From NCBI GenBank assembly GCA_026004875.1, contig BPJZ01000001.1, positions 1-64,000 on the forward strand: a stretch of DNA of 64,000 bases, written 5' to 3'. Below the pieces are notes generated by a model that saw only the letters and a program-made list of their open reading frames with translations, was not told the DNA's origin and did no database searches. Each line of letters begins with the position of its first letter. Position 1 is the stretch's first letter. This DNA comes from Candidatus Poribacteria bacterium. Lineage in GTDB: Bacteria > Poribacteria > WGA-4E > GCA-2687025. The position numbers and the translations under genes are program-made. Shown here piece after piece: positions 1 through 8,779 of the stretch.

Positions 1-4
1 CGCC

Positions 5-101
5 CGTTGATAGCCTACCTATGAGGGATTGAAACCATCTTCTTAATGAACGGCCTGTTTGTCAACGCCGCGTTGATAGCCTACCTATGAGGGATTGAAA
101 C
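5..101 (+). CRISPR. 3' (leader-distal) end of a CRISPR array: two identical 31-nt repeats (5-35, 71-101) flanking one 35-nt spacer (36-70, catcttcttaatgaacggcctgtttgtcaacgccg). The array continues upstream of the window.
   Basis: Exact repeat CGTTGATAGCCTACCTATGAGGGATTGAAAC occurs twice 66 nt apart, and a third time at 5035. The 3' ...GGGATTGAAAC resembles the 8-nt crRNA 5'-handle of Cas6-processed type I-B/III repeats, so the + strand is the transcribed strand. The first repeat base (30 versus 31 nt) is ambiguous. Confidence 0.85.
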
Positions 102-144
102 GGGGTGTCCGAGAGGGGATTGATGATGCCCGTTATCTGGAGCT

Positions 145-177
145 GCTTCGACGCAAGCGTCCCGATCGAGTCGAAGC
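145..177. other. Hairpin just downstream of the array end: 8-bp stem GCTTCGAC/GTCGAAGC with a 17-nt loop.
   Basis: Perfect inverted repeat at 145-152 and 170-177, read directly from the sequence. Confidence 0.4.
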
Positions 178-346
178 GCTCCTTGGGGACATCCCCCCTT
201 ACAGCTTTCGGATTGAGGAGTATTGGACTCGCGAGACGGTGTGAGCTTTGACGCCTGGCGCTGGCAGGTGGCGCGAGAAATTCTCAGAGTGGAAGACGAA
301 CCCGCCCGCTGAGTTGAGTACCTTCCCATTGCGCTTGAGGGCGCAA

Positions 347-373
347 GTAGATAGCCTCTCTAATAGAGAAAAC
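347..373 (+). repeat. Degenerate CRISPR-repeat-like relic (GTAGATAGCCTCTCTAATAGAGAAAAC).
   Basis: 10 of the first 11 nt match the repeat start GTTGATAGCCT, and it ends ...AAAAC. Overall ~60-65% identity with about 3 nt deleted. Same orientation as the array, 245 nt downstream of the last intact repeat. Weaker repeat-like fragments sit at 113-123 (gaggggattga) and 208-218 (cggattgagga). A short match of this quality is expected about once by chance in 64 kb. Confidence 0.3.
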
Positions 374-395
374 CGATGGATAAGGAGGTTCCAAA

Positions 396-1342
396 ATGGG
401 AGTCATCCAGAAGGTCGCTTCCCTAGGAGCAGGACTTGCTTTAGCTGGAGGGTTGAACCTCTTGGCAGTCGGTCAGCAGTTTGTAACCGACGGATTAGTC
501 GGTTACTGGAGCATGGACGCGGTTGTCGGGGATCTTCTGTCGAAGACGCCGTCGGCGAACACCACGGAACGATCGTGGACGGAGCGCTTGCGATCGCCCA
601 GGGAAAAATTGGAAACGCCCTCCAGTTCGACGGAAGTGGAGTGCACATCAGAGTTGCCGACCCGGAGGCGTTCGTCGCCAACGCAGATTTCACTTGGTGT
701 GCCTGGATTAACACCTCGAACCCTGGAGGGGGTATTCTTGCCAAGACCTCACCGGATCCCGGGTCCGACGTTCAGGGCGCCAAAACGCTCTTTCTTGACG
801 GAGGGCTTCTCGTCTTCGACGTCGGGTGGGTAGGAGCCGTAGAAGGGGTCACTCCCGTAGCCGACGGGAGATGGCATTATGTTTCAGTGACCGTCACGCT
901 GGGAGGTGCCGCAGACACCATTCAGTTTTACGTAGATGGGGCCCTGGACGCTCAAGGTCAACTTAATGTAGATCAATTCCCCGAGGAAGGATTCCCCATT
1001 CATATCGGTCTGGACCCTCGAGTTCCTGGCGAACCGATCTCAGTTCCGTTCACCGGTCTTATCGATGAAGTCGCCATTTACGATCGGGCGCTCTCGGAGA
1101 ACGAGATCGCCAACAATGCGGCTTCGACCGCAGGGCCGGCCTTGGCAGTAGGCCCCAAGGAAAGTTGGCAACCGTGTGGGCTCGGTGGAAAGCGTACTAG
1201 CCCAGGATCCACACGTGTCCAGGTGTGGACGCACCTGGACACGTGTGGCGCACTTGAGGGTCGGGTTGCGATATGGGACGAGCGCACGGTTAAACATCCG
1301 TCGGATTCCCCCATCGACCAACTGGGCGATCCAACGCCTTAG
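396..1342 (+). CDS. Secreted LamG (concanavalin-like lectin/glucanase) domain protein. One frameshift near 535-545 moves it from the frame of ORF 396..833 into the frame of ORF 248..1342.
   Basis: AAGGAGG RBS at 382-388, 7 nt before the ATG at 396. N-terminal signal-like segment MGVIQKVASLGAGLALAGGL. The stretch GLVGYWSMD...then...SVEDAVGEHHGTIVDGALAIAQGKIGNALQFDGSGVHIRV...DGRWHYVSVTV...IQFYVDGAL matches the LamG consensus (YW-FDE...G.A....G..GNAL.FDG...V.V) across the frame junction. The C-terminal 60 aa after the LamG domain look non-protein-like. Confidence 0.6.
1209..1248. repeat. Perfect 17-bp inverted repeat with a 6-nt spacer (CCACACGTGTCCAGGTG tggacg CACCTGGACACGTGTGG).
   Basis: Reverse complement of arm 1 (1209-1225) equals arm 2 (1232-1248) exactly. 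Each arm carries a CACGTG core. It lies in the doubtful 3' tail of the LamG ORF. Confidence 0.8.
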
Positions 1343-1586
1343 AAGTTGGTCCCCTCCGGGGAAGTATGCGGTTCTTCGCACTCGATCTTGGGTAGCCTGT
1401 TTTTTCGGTCTCATCCAATGCAAAGCGTCAGCTTTACCCTTCTCTGTGTACACAAGTTGTCTGGCGTAATTACCCCCCGGAGAACCTGGGGGCCTCAACA
1501 AGTAGAGTCGTCCACCGATTCAACGCCCTGACCTGTCTCGCTCCCTTTTTCGTGCTCGGGTAGGCCGAGACAATAGGAAAATCAAG

Positions 1587-3651
1587 TTGAAGCGCAGAGA
1601 AATTTCTTCTTCCTTTCGTCTCTTCTGGGTGTACTCGATTGGATTCTTCCTAATCGTTTCTAATGCCTACTGGCTTACAGTCACCAGTGAGCTAATGGAG
1701 CCACAAAACCTATTAACGTTTGTTTCACTATTTTTCAGCGCATTATTTTCACTGTTTTTTGTTATTGTACTCGATCGATTGTGGAAAGCAATCACGCCGT
1801 TCAATGGACTTTCCCCACAAGAGACGCTGGGGCTGTACATCATGACCGTCATGACGGGGACGGTAGGCGGTCATACACTCATGACGTTTCTGATCGGTAC
1901 AATCTCTCATCCTTACTGGTTCGCAACACCTGAGAACGAATGGGCAAATCTTTTTTGGGCATATATTCCCAAAGGATTTACTCCAGACCCGCAGGTTCTT
2001 AAAGGGTATTTTTACGGCCGGTCGACCTTATATACTTGGGAACACCTTCGAGGTTGGCTAGTTCCTGTTCTTTTTTGGACCTTCTTTATCGCCCTCATCT
2101 GGTGGCTCTTCTCTGTCTGAACACTTTGATCCGCGCGCAGTGGACCGTTCGAGAAAAGTTGGCTTACCCGATTATCCAGCTCCCCGTTGCCATGGCTACC
2201 GGCGGAGGAGCCTTCTGGCGTAGCCGAGCGATGTGGAGCGGATGTCTCTTCGCAGGGATGCTGGAGCTTCTGGTCGGACTCCATTATCTTTACCCCTCGA
2301 TCCCTGCCCCTCGACTGACGGGTTTGTCCCTCGAACCGCTCTTCGCGAGAAGCCATGGAACACCATCGGTTGGGTTCCAGTGAACATCTTTCCCTTCATC
2401 GTAGGGCTCACCTACTTCATGCCGCTAGAGCTCTCCTTTTCTGCATGGGTCTTTTATCTTTTGGAAAGGCGGAGCGAGTCATTCGGCTGGGCATGCTGGG
2501 CCATGTCGAGCTTTACGCTTCAGAACGCGCCGGGGGTGCTTGGATTGCGGTAGGTTTATTAGCACTCTGGGGCACACGTCGCCACCTGTGCGAGGCCTTT
2601 CGAAGGGCGCTCTCCCACGAGGTGAGGGAGGAGAGAACCGATCCTCTTAGCTACCAAACTGCCCTCTTTGGCTTCCTCGGTGGTCTTCTTCTGTTCTCTT
2701 TTCTCTCGTTTAAAGCGGGGATGACGGCGGGAGCAATCGGCGGTTTTATCTGTCTTTACCTTGTAATGAGTATCGGCGTCGCGCGAGTAAGAGCCGAGTT
2801 TGGTCCTCCCTCTCACGAGATCCTCGCTCTCGACCCAGGGCGGTTAATGACCCTCTTGTGGGCACTCGCCGACTGGGCTCGGCTAATCTGACAGTACTTT
2901 TCTTTTTATTACTGGCTGAACCGGCTCAATGTAGCCCATCCCATGCCCAACCAGTTAGAGGCGTTCAAGATCGCAGAGCGAGTTCGGATTCCTTTACGGC
3001 GTTTAGTCCCCTTAATTCTGATCTCCACAGTGCTAGGAACGCTCGCCTCTTTTTGGGCCTATCTGCACCTGATGTATCACGTGGGGGCCCTAACCGTACA
3101 CGGCTACTTGATCGGGGATCGGCGAGGAGACCTTCGGCGAGCGACTCCAACGGTGGTTGAACAATCCGGAACCTCCTAACCGGCTGCCCTGAAGTCTTTA
3201 GGGTTTGGATTTCTGGCCACCTGGGTTCTCTACCTCTCCGTCAGCGATTTATCTGGTGGCCCCTCCACCCCATTGGATACGTGATGACGGCCCGCCACCT
3301 GGGGTGGATTGGCGGACTTCTGGTTCTCCGTGTTTCTTGGGTGGGGTAATTAAGGCCGTCTTCCTTTCCCTTTTTGGGTTCCGCGCACACCGGACGGCCA
3401 TTCCCTTCTTTCTGGGTCTGGTAATGGGTGACTACGTCATGACAGCCATTTGGAGCCTGATCGGAGCGATCTTCGGCACTCCTGTTTTCGTTCTCTGGTC
3501 CCCTAAGAGAGCCTCCCCCCCGCGATCTATCTTCTACTCACAGTGCTGCCCAAGACAAGGCGGAGTTGATCGTAGAGATCCTCTGGGGGGTCGAAGGTCT
3601 CCATTTCGATCGGCTCTCGGCGAACCGTGCTGGCATAAAGAGCTAGGATGA
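1587..3651 (+). pseudogene. Large polytopic membrane protein of unknown family, broken into at least five frame-shifted pieces (ORFs 1587..2120, 2036..2383, 2233..2553, 2355..2891, 2943..3179, 3205..3651). The 5' part forms a low-GC (~40%) island.
   Basis: Consecutive ORFs on the same strand in rotating frames, each encoding Trp/Phe-rich transmembrane segments (e.g. FWVYSIGFFLIVSNAYWLTV, WVPVNIFPFIVGLTYFMPLELSFSAWVFYLL, FLGLVMGDYVMTAIWSLIGAIFG). GC content of 1560-2150 is about 40%, against about 65% for the window. Confidence 0.5.
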
Positions 3652-4581
3652 CCTTCCACTCATGGAGCGATTGTTCCAGATTCGTTCCCGGCACCTTGGA
3701 GTCGTCCTCTATCCAGTCGAGCATTGCTCGGTGGAAGGCCGTTTGTGCCCGGAGGTTGTCTGCGGCCCACTTTTCGTGGCCTTCAAACGGGGCCCCCTCG
3801 ATCCCTGCTGGGGAGGACGATCTCCCAGCGACCGAATTCTTCCCAATTCACGCGCCCTTGAGTGCAATAGGCCGCTACCCGAACGTGTTGATAATCCGTC
3901 GCGGGATCTCCGGCCTTGGGAGACACGTACCCGGTCGTCCAGAGCCCTCGAACCCCGTTTTCAAACACCAAATAGGCAGCGGTTGTTTCTGGTCCAGAAT
4001 GACGGGCTTCCAGTTCTCCAGGACCGGTCGCAGTGCCGTAAACGCTCTTCACGCGAGCGTCCCCGTTCAGGGACATGGCGTAGTTGAGGATATGGGTTCC
4101 TTGTCCGGAGACGTTCATCCCACAAGAGAGATCCAGAAGGATCACCGACCCAAGCCGTCCCGAGCGCACCGCTTCCTGACAACGCACCAGCGCAGGATAC
4201 CATCGGAATTGATGGCAGACGGCAAACTTCGTTCGGGTTTGTTCTTGAAGGGCGCAAAGCTGACGCCAGTCTCTCACCTCGGTCGCAATAGGCTTTTCAA
4301 CCGTGCAGGCAGGGACGCCAAGCTCGGAGACTAGAGTCATCAGTTCAACACGAGTGTCCGGCCAAGTGACGATATGAACCAGATCCGGGCGCTCTGCGGA
4401 GGATCATCTCCTCCGCGCTGGCATAAGCACGGAGACCAAACTCAGCAGCAACCCGATCTCGTCGTGTTGGCGTTGGAGCACAACACGCGACGACCTCCGC
4501 ATCAGGAATCTCTTCGTAGGCGCGAATGTGGGCGCGGCTACGACCTCCGCACCCGATCACCGCGACGCGGTATTTAGCCAT
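3527..4581 (-). CDS. Gfo/Idh/MocA-family NAD(P)-dependent oxidoreductase with two frameshifts.
   Basis: N-terminus MAKYRVAVIGCGGRSRAHIRAYEEIPDAEVVA carries the Rossmann GxGxxG motif. It continues into ORF 3783..4340 and a C-terminal piece in ORF 3527..3724. RBS GGGAGAA lies upstream of the ATG at 4581. Confidence 0.6.
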
Positions 4582-5034
4582 TGTCAGTTCTCCCTATCCC
4601 TTGGGGTCTGAGGAAACAGATCACGACCCCAACCTCCCGGAAGAATGAAGCAATTCTTGATAAAAAGAAATAGCAAACAGTGCCGAAGTGCTTCAAGGCT
4701 CCGCAGAACAAAAAGCCCAGTCTCAGAGCCGTCGCCCTGTCAACATGAGCAAGCCAGAAAATTCCAGCTGGATACATCGAGGGGCACTCTTCGCCTATTC
4801 GAAAATCGAAACTCCCACTTCCTTCCTGTTGTACCCGATGATATAAGTTGAGAGATCCTCAACAGAGGAGCGGAGAATCGGATGGACTAATCTACCACAG
4901 GAGTTCCACGGGTGTAGGGGCCGGCTTACTCCGCCACCGCTACAGAGTTAGTACAGTTCAAAGTTGTTCGAAGAGCAAAGGAGAACCCAACGAATGAGGA
5001 CGCTCATCACCTTTCTTGGGAAACAGCTGCGACG
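4582..5034 (+). promoter_or_regulatory. AT-rich (~45% GC) non-coding stretch immediately upstream of the orphan CRISPR repeat; candidate CRISPR leader.
   Basis: No credible ORF; the only one listed (4645..4851) is low-complexity. Composition stands out against the 65% GC background. It abuts the repeat at 5035 in the transcribed orientation. Contains a hairpin GGGGTC-n16-GACCCC at 4604-4631. Confidence 0.3.
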
Positions 5035-5065
5035 CGTTGATAGCCTACCTATGAGGGATTGAAAC
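5035..5065 (+). CRISPR. Orphan single CRISPR repeat, a perfect copy of the array repeat, with no neighbouring repeat within ±70 nt.
   Basis: 31/31 identity to the repeats at 5-35 and 71-101, in the same orientation. No second copy on either side at spacer distance. Confidence 0.8.
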
Positions 5066-5074
5066 TTCCATTAA

Positions 5075-5106
5075 GGTTCTGGAGCTCCCAGGACCGTTTT
5101 TTTTTT
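5075..5106 (+). terminator. Rho-independent terminator: 8-bp stem GGUUCUGG/CCAGGACC (one G-U pair), 5-nt loop, then U10.
   Basis: 5' arm 5075-5082, loop AGCTC at 5083-5087, 3' arm 5088-5095, T-run 5097-5106. Starts 10 nt after the orphan repeat. Confidence 0.7.
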
Positions 5107-5259
5107 CGAAATGCGCCTGCGGGGGAGACAAGACACCCCGAGACCCCCCTCCAGCCCAAGCCCAGAGCCCGAATAGACACAAATTCTGTTGTCCCAGGCA
5201 TGAGGAAGGGGTAGCATCCTTTCGCTCTTGCAGGCGTCGGTTTTCAGGAGGGGAAGAGA

Positions 5260-6548
5260 ATGCCAAACCAGGAAAAGCTCGCCCTTTACGGCGGTCCCAA
5301 GGCGGTTCCAGAACCGCTCCCCTCAGGGGCCGTCGTTCGAAGCCTGATCGGACGAAGAGGAGGTGGAGGCGGTCGCCGCCGTCCTGCGCTCCGGGAAGCT
5401 GTTCCGCGACGAGGACCACAAAAACAGTCAGTGCACCCAGTTTGAACGGGAAGCCTGTCAACTGCTGGGCGTCTCCTACGGGCTGCTGGTCAACAGCGGC
5501 ACCAATGCCCTCATCGCTGGGCTGATCGGGCTGGGAATTGGTCCCGGAGACGAAGTGATCGTCCCAGCGTACACCTATATCGCGACGGCGGCGGCGGTGG
5601 TGGCGGTCGGTGCGGTGCCGGTCATCGCCGAGATCGACGACTCGCTGGGCCTGGACCCGGAGGACGTCCGCCGAAAGATCACGCCCCACACCCGATGCAT
5701 CATTCCGGTTTCACATGCAGGGGGTCCCCTGTCGCCTGAACGCCCTGCTTCAGATCGCCGAGGAGCACCGCCTTCTGGTCTTGGAGGACTGCTGCCAGTC
5801 CATCGGAGCTCGGTACTTCGGGCGAGATGACCGGCAGCTTCGGGCACGCGGGAGCGTGGAGCCTGAACTACTACAAGGTGATCACCTGCGGCGAGGGCGG
5901 GTTGGTCTTCACCAACGACTATCGCGTCTTCGAGCGGAATCGCCTACTGCGCCGACCCCGGCCTGCCGATGTGGATGCGCGCCTACGCTCCCTGACGAGG
6001 TCCCCACGCTCGAGGAGCCGTTCAGCTACCTCTGCCTGCGCGGGGAACGAGCTGCTCGCGGCGATGCTGCGCGTCCAGCTCCGCAAGATGGAGCCGGCCC
6101 TTGCCCGGACCCGACGTGTCAAGCGGACCATCCGAGAGCCACCTGAACCCCCCGCGCCACTATCAGCTCCAGCATCAGGACGACCCGGAGGGGGACTGCG
6201 GCATCAGTCTGGCGCTGATCGTCGAGTCCCAAGCGGCGGCCAAGCGGTTTGCGGAGGCCCTCTCCGCCGAAGGAGTCCCGACCGGCACCGCCCACAATGA
6301 GGGCTTCCCCGATCGGCACATCTACCGTTACTGGGACTCGATCCTCCAGAAGCGGGCGCCCTCATCCGGGGCTCAACCCTTGGCGGCACCCGATGTACTC
6401 CGGCAAGGTGGAGTACGACCCGGAGATGTGCCCCCAAACGCTGGACATCCTGAATCGAACCCTGCGGATCGGCCTGAACGTGCGGATGACCGAGGAGCAC
6501 GCCCGACAGATCGCCGCGGCAATCAATAAGGTGGACGCTGCCCTTTAA
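5260..6548 (+). pseudogene. DegT/DnrJ/EryC1/StrS-family PLP-dependent sugar aminotransferase carrying at least four frameshifts.
   Basis: Pieces in ORFs 5260..5445, 5363..5830, 5610..6146, 5827..6300, 6101..6529 and 6249..6548. Motifs include ...SDEEEVEAVAAVLRSGKLF..., GDEVIVPAYTYIATAAAV, GSFGHAGAWSLNYYKVITCGEGGLVFTND and a C-terminal ...EEHARQIAAAINKV. Confidence 0.65.
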
Positions 6549-6560
6549 CGAACCCAGCGC

Positions 6561-7669
6561 TCAAATGAAGTCCGACTTCGTGTCGAACAGCGCCCGGTCC
6601 AGCGGGTACCAGGGGAGATAATCGGACTCCAAGGGGAGCGTCTCTCCCGTCTCGGCGGACTGGTAGCCCCGGAACAGAATCTCGTGGACGTGGAGCTGTC
6701 GCCGACCGGAACAGGTCGGTTCGACCCCCTCTCGGATACACCGGACAAAGTGCTCCATCATGTTTTCCGGATTCGGGTCGGCGGGAAACCCGAAAGACAC
6801 CCTTCCAGCTGCGCCATTCGTCGGGTTGAGCGCTCGGGATCGGTGCGGTTCCGTCCCGGCGCTGGAGGAGCACCCGCCCGTCGCCAGGAAGGACGATCGT
6901 CCCCTCGCGACCGAAGACGGTCGTCGAGTTCTCCACAAAGGCGGTGCCCCATAAGGACCGAACCACCGCGACCTGTCCCTCAGCGAACTCGATCAACAGG
7001 GCGACGTTATCGTCCACGTCGGAGAGCACCCGCTTCCCACCGCCGACAATCCGGTTGGGGATCAGCGTGTTGACCAATCCGGTAACGCGCTCGGCACGCC
7101 CCAGCAGACTGATCAGTCGGCTGATCGGATAGACCATACAGTCCAGCATCGCGCCGCCGTGGGCGATCGAACGATCGTAGTACCAGTTGTCGCGCGGGGG
7201 TCCGGGAATGTTCAAGCAGGCTTCCGCGCCGGTCAACTTGCCGACGATCTCCTCCCGGAGGAGCCGTTGTGCAGTGAGAATCGAACCGGTGTTGTCATAA
7301 GGGAGCTGCATATAGACCACACCGGCTCGATCGGCGGCGCGCACCATCGCAACGCAGTCCTCCCAGCGGGTGGCCATCGGCTTCTCGTTGAGGACGTGGA
7401 TCCCTCGTTCAAAAGCGGCCAAACAGACTTCAGCGTGAACCGAATGGGGCGTCGTGACGACCACCGCGTCGGGTCGCTCCCGATCCATCATCGCCTGGTA
7501 GTCGTCATAGTAAGCGGGAACGGAGAACTCCTCGGCTTTCCGGCGAGCGTTCTCCAGCCGACGGGCCACCGTGGCCACAAAGCGCACTCCCCGCCATCGG
7601 CTGGGCCATCCGAAAGAAGCGATCGCTGATCTGTCCGCTGCCGACCATTCCTAAGCGCAGTTCCGACAT
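6561..7669 (-). CDS. Gfo/Idh/MocA-family oxidoreductase with two frameshifts (near 7590 and 6800).
   Basis: N-terminus MSELRLGMVGSGQISDRFF after a GGAG RBS (start 7669). It continues into ORF 6523..7587 (VVVTTPHSVHAEVCLAAFERGIHVLNEKPMA) and the C-terminus lies in ORF 6561..6938 (FPADPNPENMMEHFVRCIREG). Confidence 0.65.
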
Positions 7670-7738
7670 AGTGGTTACTCCTTGGTGGTCTCACTTTTGT
7701 GGTATCGTATCCCAGAGAAGGGAATTTTCCGAGAGAGG

Positions 7739-8779
7739 ATGTCATTACCGAAGGGAGCGCTGGCCGTGAGCAGCACGCCGCCGATTCGAACGACCGTTGT
7801 CGGCAGCTATCCGGTCCCCGAATGGCTTCGGGTCTACCCGACGGAGCCCCACCTGCGCGATGCCACGCTAGTCGTTCTGAAGACGCAGGAGCTCGCCGGA
7901 ATCGACGTGGTGGCCGACGGGGAACTGTACCGCTTTGATGTAAACCATCCTGAAACGAACGGGATGATCGACTTCTTTATCGGCCAGATGGACGGGATTT
8001 CGCGTCGGATTTCCGTTCGCGACCGGCGGCGCTTCCAGCAGGACCCGGAGCTGCGCTATCGGGCGGAGCCGGCCGGCGTGGTCCACGGACCCATCGGCCC
8101 CCGGCGTGCTCGACCTGGAACGACATTACCGCCGTGTCCGCGCGCTGACCGATCGGCCCTTGAAGTTCACCGTCACCGGCCCGCATATGCTTTCCAAGGT
8201 GCTGCTGAACGACTACTACCCGAACCGCGCCGAACTGGCGATGGCGATCGCCGAGGTCCTCCGGGAGCAGGTGCAAGAGATCGACGCCCGAGATCGTCCA
8301 ACTGGACGAGGCGAATATCACCGGCCATCCCGAAGAGGGGGAATGGGCCGCCGCCGCGATCAACCACGTCCTGGACGCCATCCCTGGCGAAAAGGCGGTC
8401 CACCTCTGCTTTGGAAACTACGGCGGCCAGACGGTCCAAAAAGGAGGAGTACGCCCGCCTGCTGCCGTTCATGAACGCCCTCCATGCGGACCATCTGGTC
8501 CTGGAGTTCGCCCGCCGGCAGTACCGAGAGCTAGAAGTCCTCTTGGACCTGAACCCGCGCGTTCGAATCGGTCTAGGGGTGATCGACATCAAGGACAACG
8601 GGATCGAAACGCCGGAGACGGTCGCTGCCCGAATCGAACATGCCGCGGGCGTGTTGGGCGTCGAGCGGATCGCCTATGTGCATCCAGACTGCGGCTTCTG
8701 GATGCTCCCCCGGAACGTCGCCGACGGAAAAATGCGCTCGCTGGTTCAGGGACGAAACCTCTTTCTGGGGAAGTCCTAA
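7739..8779 (+). CDS. Short-form cobalamin-independent methionine synthase (MetE C-terminal-like, UroD/MetE superfamily) with three frameshifts.
   Basis: TTVVGSYPVPEWL...LKTQELAGIDVVADGELYR... in the frame of ORF 7682..8779, then the frame of ORF 8106..8474, then a third frame (IVQLDEANITGHPEEGEWAAAAINHVLDAIPGEKAVHLCFGNYGG), then back to ...LVLEFARRQYRELEVL...AYVHPDCGFWMLPR. RBS GAGAGAGG before the ATG at 7739. Confidence 0.6.
   Translation: MSLPKGALAVSSTPPIRTTVVGSYPVPEWLRVYPTEPHLRDATLVVLKTQELAGIDVVADGELYRFDVNHPETNGMIDFFIGQMDGISRRISVRDRRRFQQDPELRYRAEPAGVVHGPIGPRRARPGTTLPPCPRADRSALEVHRHRPAYAFQGAAERLLPEPRRTGDGDRRGPPGAGARDRRPRSSNWTRRISPAIPKRGNGPPPRSTTSWTPSLAKRRSTSALETTAARRSKKEEYARLLPFMNALHADHLVLEFARRQYRELEVLLDLNPRVRIGLGVIDIKDNGIETPETVAARIEHAAGVLGVERIAYVHPDCGFWMLPRNVADGKMRSLVQGRNLFLGKS

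Noticed and set aside
4964-4993. Possible degenerate CRISPR repeat one spacer-length upstream of the orphan repeat (GTTGTTCGAAGAGCAAAGGAGAACCCAACG).
   Set aside because: Only 14/30 identity with the repeat, and at 72 nt rather than 66 nt spacing; this is chance level.
102-5034. Transposon or IS origin of the 4.9-kb segment between CRISPR repeats.
   Set aside because: No transposase or integrase ORF, no terminal inverted repeats and no target-site duplication recognisable at the junctions.
7670-7738. Riboswitch (B12 or SAM) upstream of the MetE-like gene.
   Set aside because: Only 69 nt of divergent intergenic DNA separates it from the opposite-strand gene, which is too short for either aptamer, and no conserved riboswitch core motifs were seen.
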